Below, one piece after another: positions 61,433 through 64,000 of a DNA stretch of 64,000 nucleotides. This stretch comes from Lama guanicoe (taxonomy: Eukaryota), in NCBI GenBank assembly GCA_013239625.1, contig MU053873.1, forward strand, positions 1,998,524 to 2,062,523. Direction: 5' to 3'. The notes beneath the pieces are model-generated. The model was not told where the DNA came from, ran no database searches, and saw only the letters and a list, made by a program, of their open reading frames with translations. The position numbers and the translations under genes are program-made. The first letter of the stretch is position 1, and each line of letters starts with the position of its first letter.

Positions 61433-61654
61433 CAGTAGTCTTCACTGGGCGGGATGCTGCCCCCACCCCCAGGGGACACTTGGCAATGACTGGAGACATC
61501 CCTGGTTTTTACAGCTCGGCGGGCAGCAGCGACTGGCATCTAGCGGGGAGAGGCCAGGGCTACTGCTAAACATAGTCCAGCCCACAGGACGGTTCCCTCC
61601 CCCCAGACAGAGTTCCAGCCCCAATATCGATAACACTGAGGTTAAGAATTCCTC
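61433..61654. mobile_element. MER20 hAT MITE
   Basis: ccccaggggacacttggcaatgactggagacat..actggcatctagcggggagaggccagggctactgctaaacat. Confidence 0.85.
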
Positions 61655-62099
61655 CACTAATCTAATCCACCCATTAGACAGATAAGGAAACTGAGGCTCA
61701 GACTAGCTGATGAGGTATGTCTGGGGTCATACAGGGAGTACACGAAGGGTCGGGCAAACAGGACCATGAACTTCTGTCCCTGGATGATGCCCCTGGTGCT
61801 GTGCGAAGGGCTATGGATTTAGAGATCATTCTGTAAGATTCTGTAGGGCCAAGTTGATCCAGTTGAATTCTGAGGACATTGTCTGACTCAGACTAGGGTT
61901 GGTCAGAGAGTCTGGACACCATACCACTTTTAGAAGTTCCTCATCTTCCCCTGGGCAAACCCCAGACAGACCCCATCTCTTTAGCAGGCTTGACCCTAGA
62001 AGATGGTTCCAGAGGCTTGTTTTGATGTCATGGTCGAGGTGGGTCTGAGACAGTCTTGGACCACCGAGGGTCTGTCTGTCTGTCCACTCATCCATCCTG

Positions 62100-62340
62100 T
62101 GGCGGTAACCCGAGCCACGTGCGGGGCCAGGAGACCAGGCTAATTGCAGGCGTGGGGAAGGCCAATCTGAGATCAGCCCCCCGGTGAGGAGTGACGGCTG
62201 GCGGGCGTCTGGGGCCGGGATGGTACCTGATTAGTTAAATTGCCAGCACCTGCTTGCTTTTATTGCGAACATAAACACGGCCGTGCGGACAGTCGCCAGC
62301 GAGCCTAATGCTTTCCTCATTTGCCACGTCTGCAAGGTCT
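62100..62340. promoter_or_regulatory. Candidate enhancer, CpG-retaining
   Basis: CCACGTG, CTAATTG, TGATTAGTTAAAT, TTTTATTGC, ATAAACA. Confidence 0.4.
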
Positions 62341-62949
62341 GGGGTCGGGCAGCGGGGAGGCTCAGGCCTGGACGAAATAGGGAGGCAGAGGGGTTTGGGT
62401 GAAAAGACGCTGGATTAGGAATTGGGGGAGAGAATTTACACTTGGCGAGGCCTCCTCTGTGGCAGGCACTGTGTGAGGCCTTCCTACCCCCGTGCAAAGC
62501 CATCTGACCCTCAAAGCTTGCCTGGGAAATATTACGGCTTTTCTTATTCAGACTCAGAAGAGTCAAGCAATGCCCTTCAAGTGATCCAGCCAGAAGGCAG
62601 CCAAGATGGAATCTGAACCCAGGTCTTTCCGTCTCCAAAAACCCTACTCATTCTGCTAATGGGGTGTAGGCAGCCCTGGGGGTTCCTGCTGCAATTAACT
62701 GAACTTTGCATCTGGAGTGCCCAGCCACCAGCCGGTGACCGCATGTGTGTTCAGGAAAGGAAACAGTTTCTGGGCCTCCAGACAATCTGTTAGGTGACCA
62801 CACGCTCCCATTTCCTCTTCCTGTGCCTCAGTTTCTAATCTGTAAAGTGGTCGTCTAGTCTCCTGCCTTCTGCTCTTGAACCCTAGAGAAAAGAGGTTGG
62901 AGCGTGGGAATTTGGCCCTGAACGTGTCTGAGGTCAAGTCCAGCGCTGG

Positions 62950-63500
62950 CTGAAATTGCCCACTTGGGCGCCTCGGAGCTCCAATAAACAGCGTCATGCT
63001 GCCTGTCCCACCAGCACGAGTCCTGCAGGAACCGCCCCCGACCCCAGCCCGGGGCCGGTCAGTGTTTACTCCAGCCATTGCCCAGCGACTGGCCCACAAA
63101 GCAAACGGCTGAGGAAACCATTTCAAATTAACTTCGTCTCCATTACAGGCGCTTTTATTAAGATAAACTATTTGGGGGATGTTTACAGGAGAGAGAGCCC
63201 TTCGGTGCCAGCAGCGGAAGGTCAGAGGAAAAGTCAGAGGGACCGCACGATTGTCACTTGAAAGCTTAGGGCGCTTCTCCCGCATTCAAATGTGTGTCTC
63301 TTCCCCTCAGTGACAGATGCTTCCAGCCTGTGACATGCTTTGTCAGAATCTCATTTGTCCGAGCGGCTTCAGCCTCATTCTTGGCAGATGCGGGCGACAG
63401 GGAAGAGTGTGAGTTTAAATTCCCTTCTGCGGTCCTTGAAAATGAAGTGGGAGTACTTCTCCACCAGCGACGACTTGCAAAAAGAAAAGAGCAAAATGTG
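62950..63500. promoter_or_regulatory. Candidate conserved enhancer (FOX, HOX/CDX, MEIS motifs)
   Basis: TGTTTAC 63063-63069 and 63180-63186, CCAATAAA, TTTTATTA, TGACAG, TGTCA. Confidence 0.45.
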
Positions 63501-63630
63501 CCCTAGAGCCGGGGAGAAGGGAAAATTTATATTCGTTCATTCATTCATTCATCCATCCTTCTGCTCAGTCAATCATGCGTCCCCTTGTTTACTAATTCAT
63601 TCACTCAGTAAATGATTCACGTTGTCTTTT

Positions 63631-63930
63631 TTTCATTTCTATAATCACTTTAGGTTTTTTTTCTTTTTTGGTTTATAAGTATGTTTTTTATTGAAGTATA
63701 ATTGATGTACAATATTATATGTTATAGGTGTGCAAGAAAGTGATTCACAATGTTTAAAGGTTATACTCCATTTAGAGTTATCGTGGAATCTAGAATACAC
63801 AACAAAGCAGTGAATAAAACAAAAAGAAGCAAACCCAGAGATACAGAGAACAAACCAGTGGTTACCCATTGGGAGAGGGTAATATAGAGGTAGAGGAGAA
63901 AGAGGGACAAACTATTGTGTAAAATAAGCC
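63631..63930 (-). mobile_element. L1 insertion with 5' inversion (twin priming)
   Basis: Minus-strand L1 3' end (ttttttattgaagtataattgatgtacaat...ccatttagagttat, to ~63781) joined to a plus-strand upstream 3'-UTR piece (gtggaatcta...aaaataagc). Confidence 0.8.
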
Positions 63931-64000
63931 ACACGTGGGGCTTTTCATTGGAATTCTGACTTCTTATGTGTCCTTATGTATACCAGTGCCCCAGTGTTTG

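Noticed and set aside
63219..63236. DR5 retinoic acid response element
   Set aside because: Spacer is 6 bp and the second half site (AAGTCA) is imperfect
1..64000. Naming the host gene or claiming a novel biological system
   Set aside because: No exon or diagnostic sequence recognised; the evidence supports only repeats and putative cis-regulatory elements

Overview
Mammalian, GC-rich, non-coding genomic DNA (intergenic or inside a large intron). It is very probably from a camelid (camel/alpaca/vicuna): three young tRNA-Ala(AGC)-derived SINEs with target-site duplications match the camelid Vic-1-type SINE. I found no credible protein-coding exon, RNA gene, CRISPR array or prokaryotic system. 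The ORF track looks like chance ORFs in GC-rich and repeat DNA. Much of the window is old interspersed repeat (MIR, L2, L1M, MLT1, hAT MITEs, a Tigger1 deletion derivative). Younger insertions include an ERV1-class solo LTR with a perfect 51-bp duplication, five CCAAT boxes and two octamers, the SINEs, truncated L1s and a 5'-inverted L1. Between the repeats lie many unique 150-700 bp blocks rich in homeodomain, PBX-HOX/MEIS, TCF, SOX, FOX, RFX and POU motifs, plus a small orphan CpG island. This suggests the enhancer landscape of a developmental regulator lying outside the window. Repeat names come from recalled consensus sequences and boundaries of old repeats are approximate. Conservation and function of the enhancer-like blocks are inferred, not tested.
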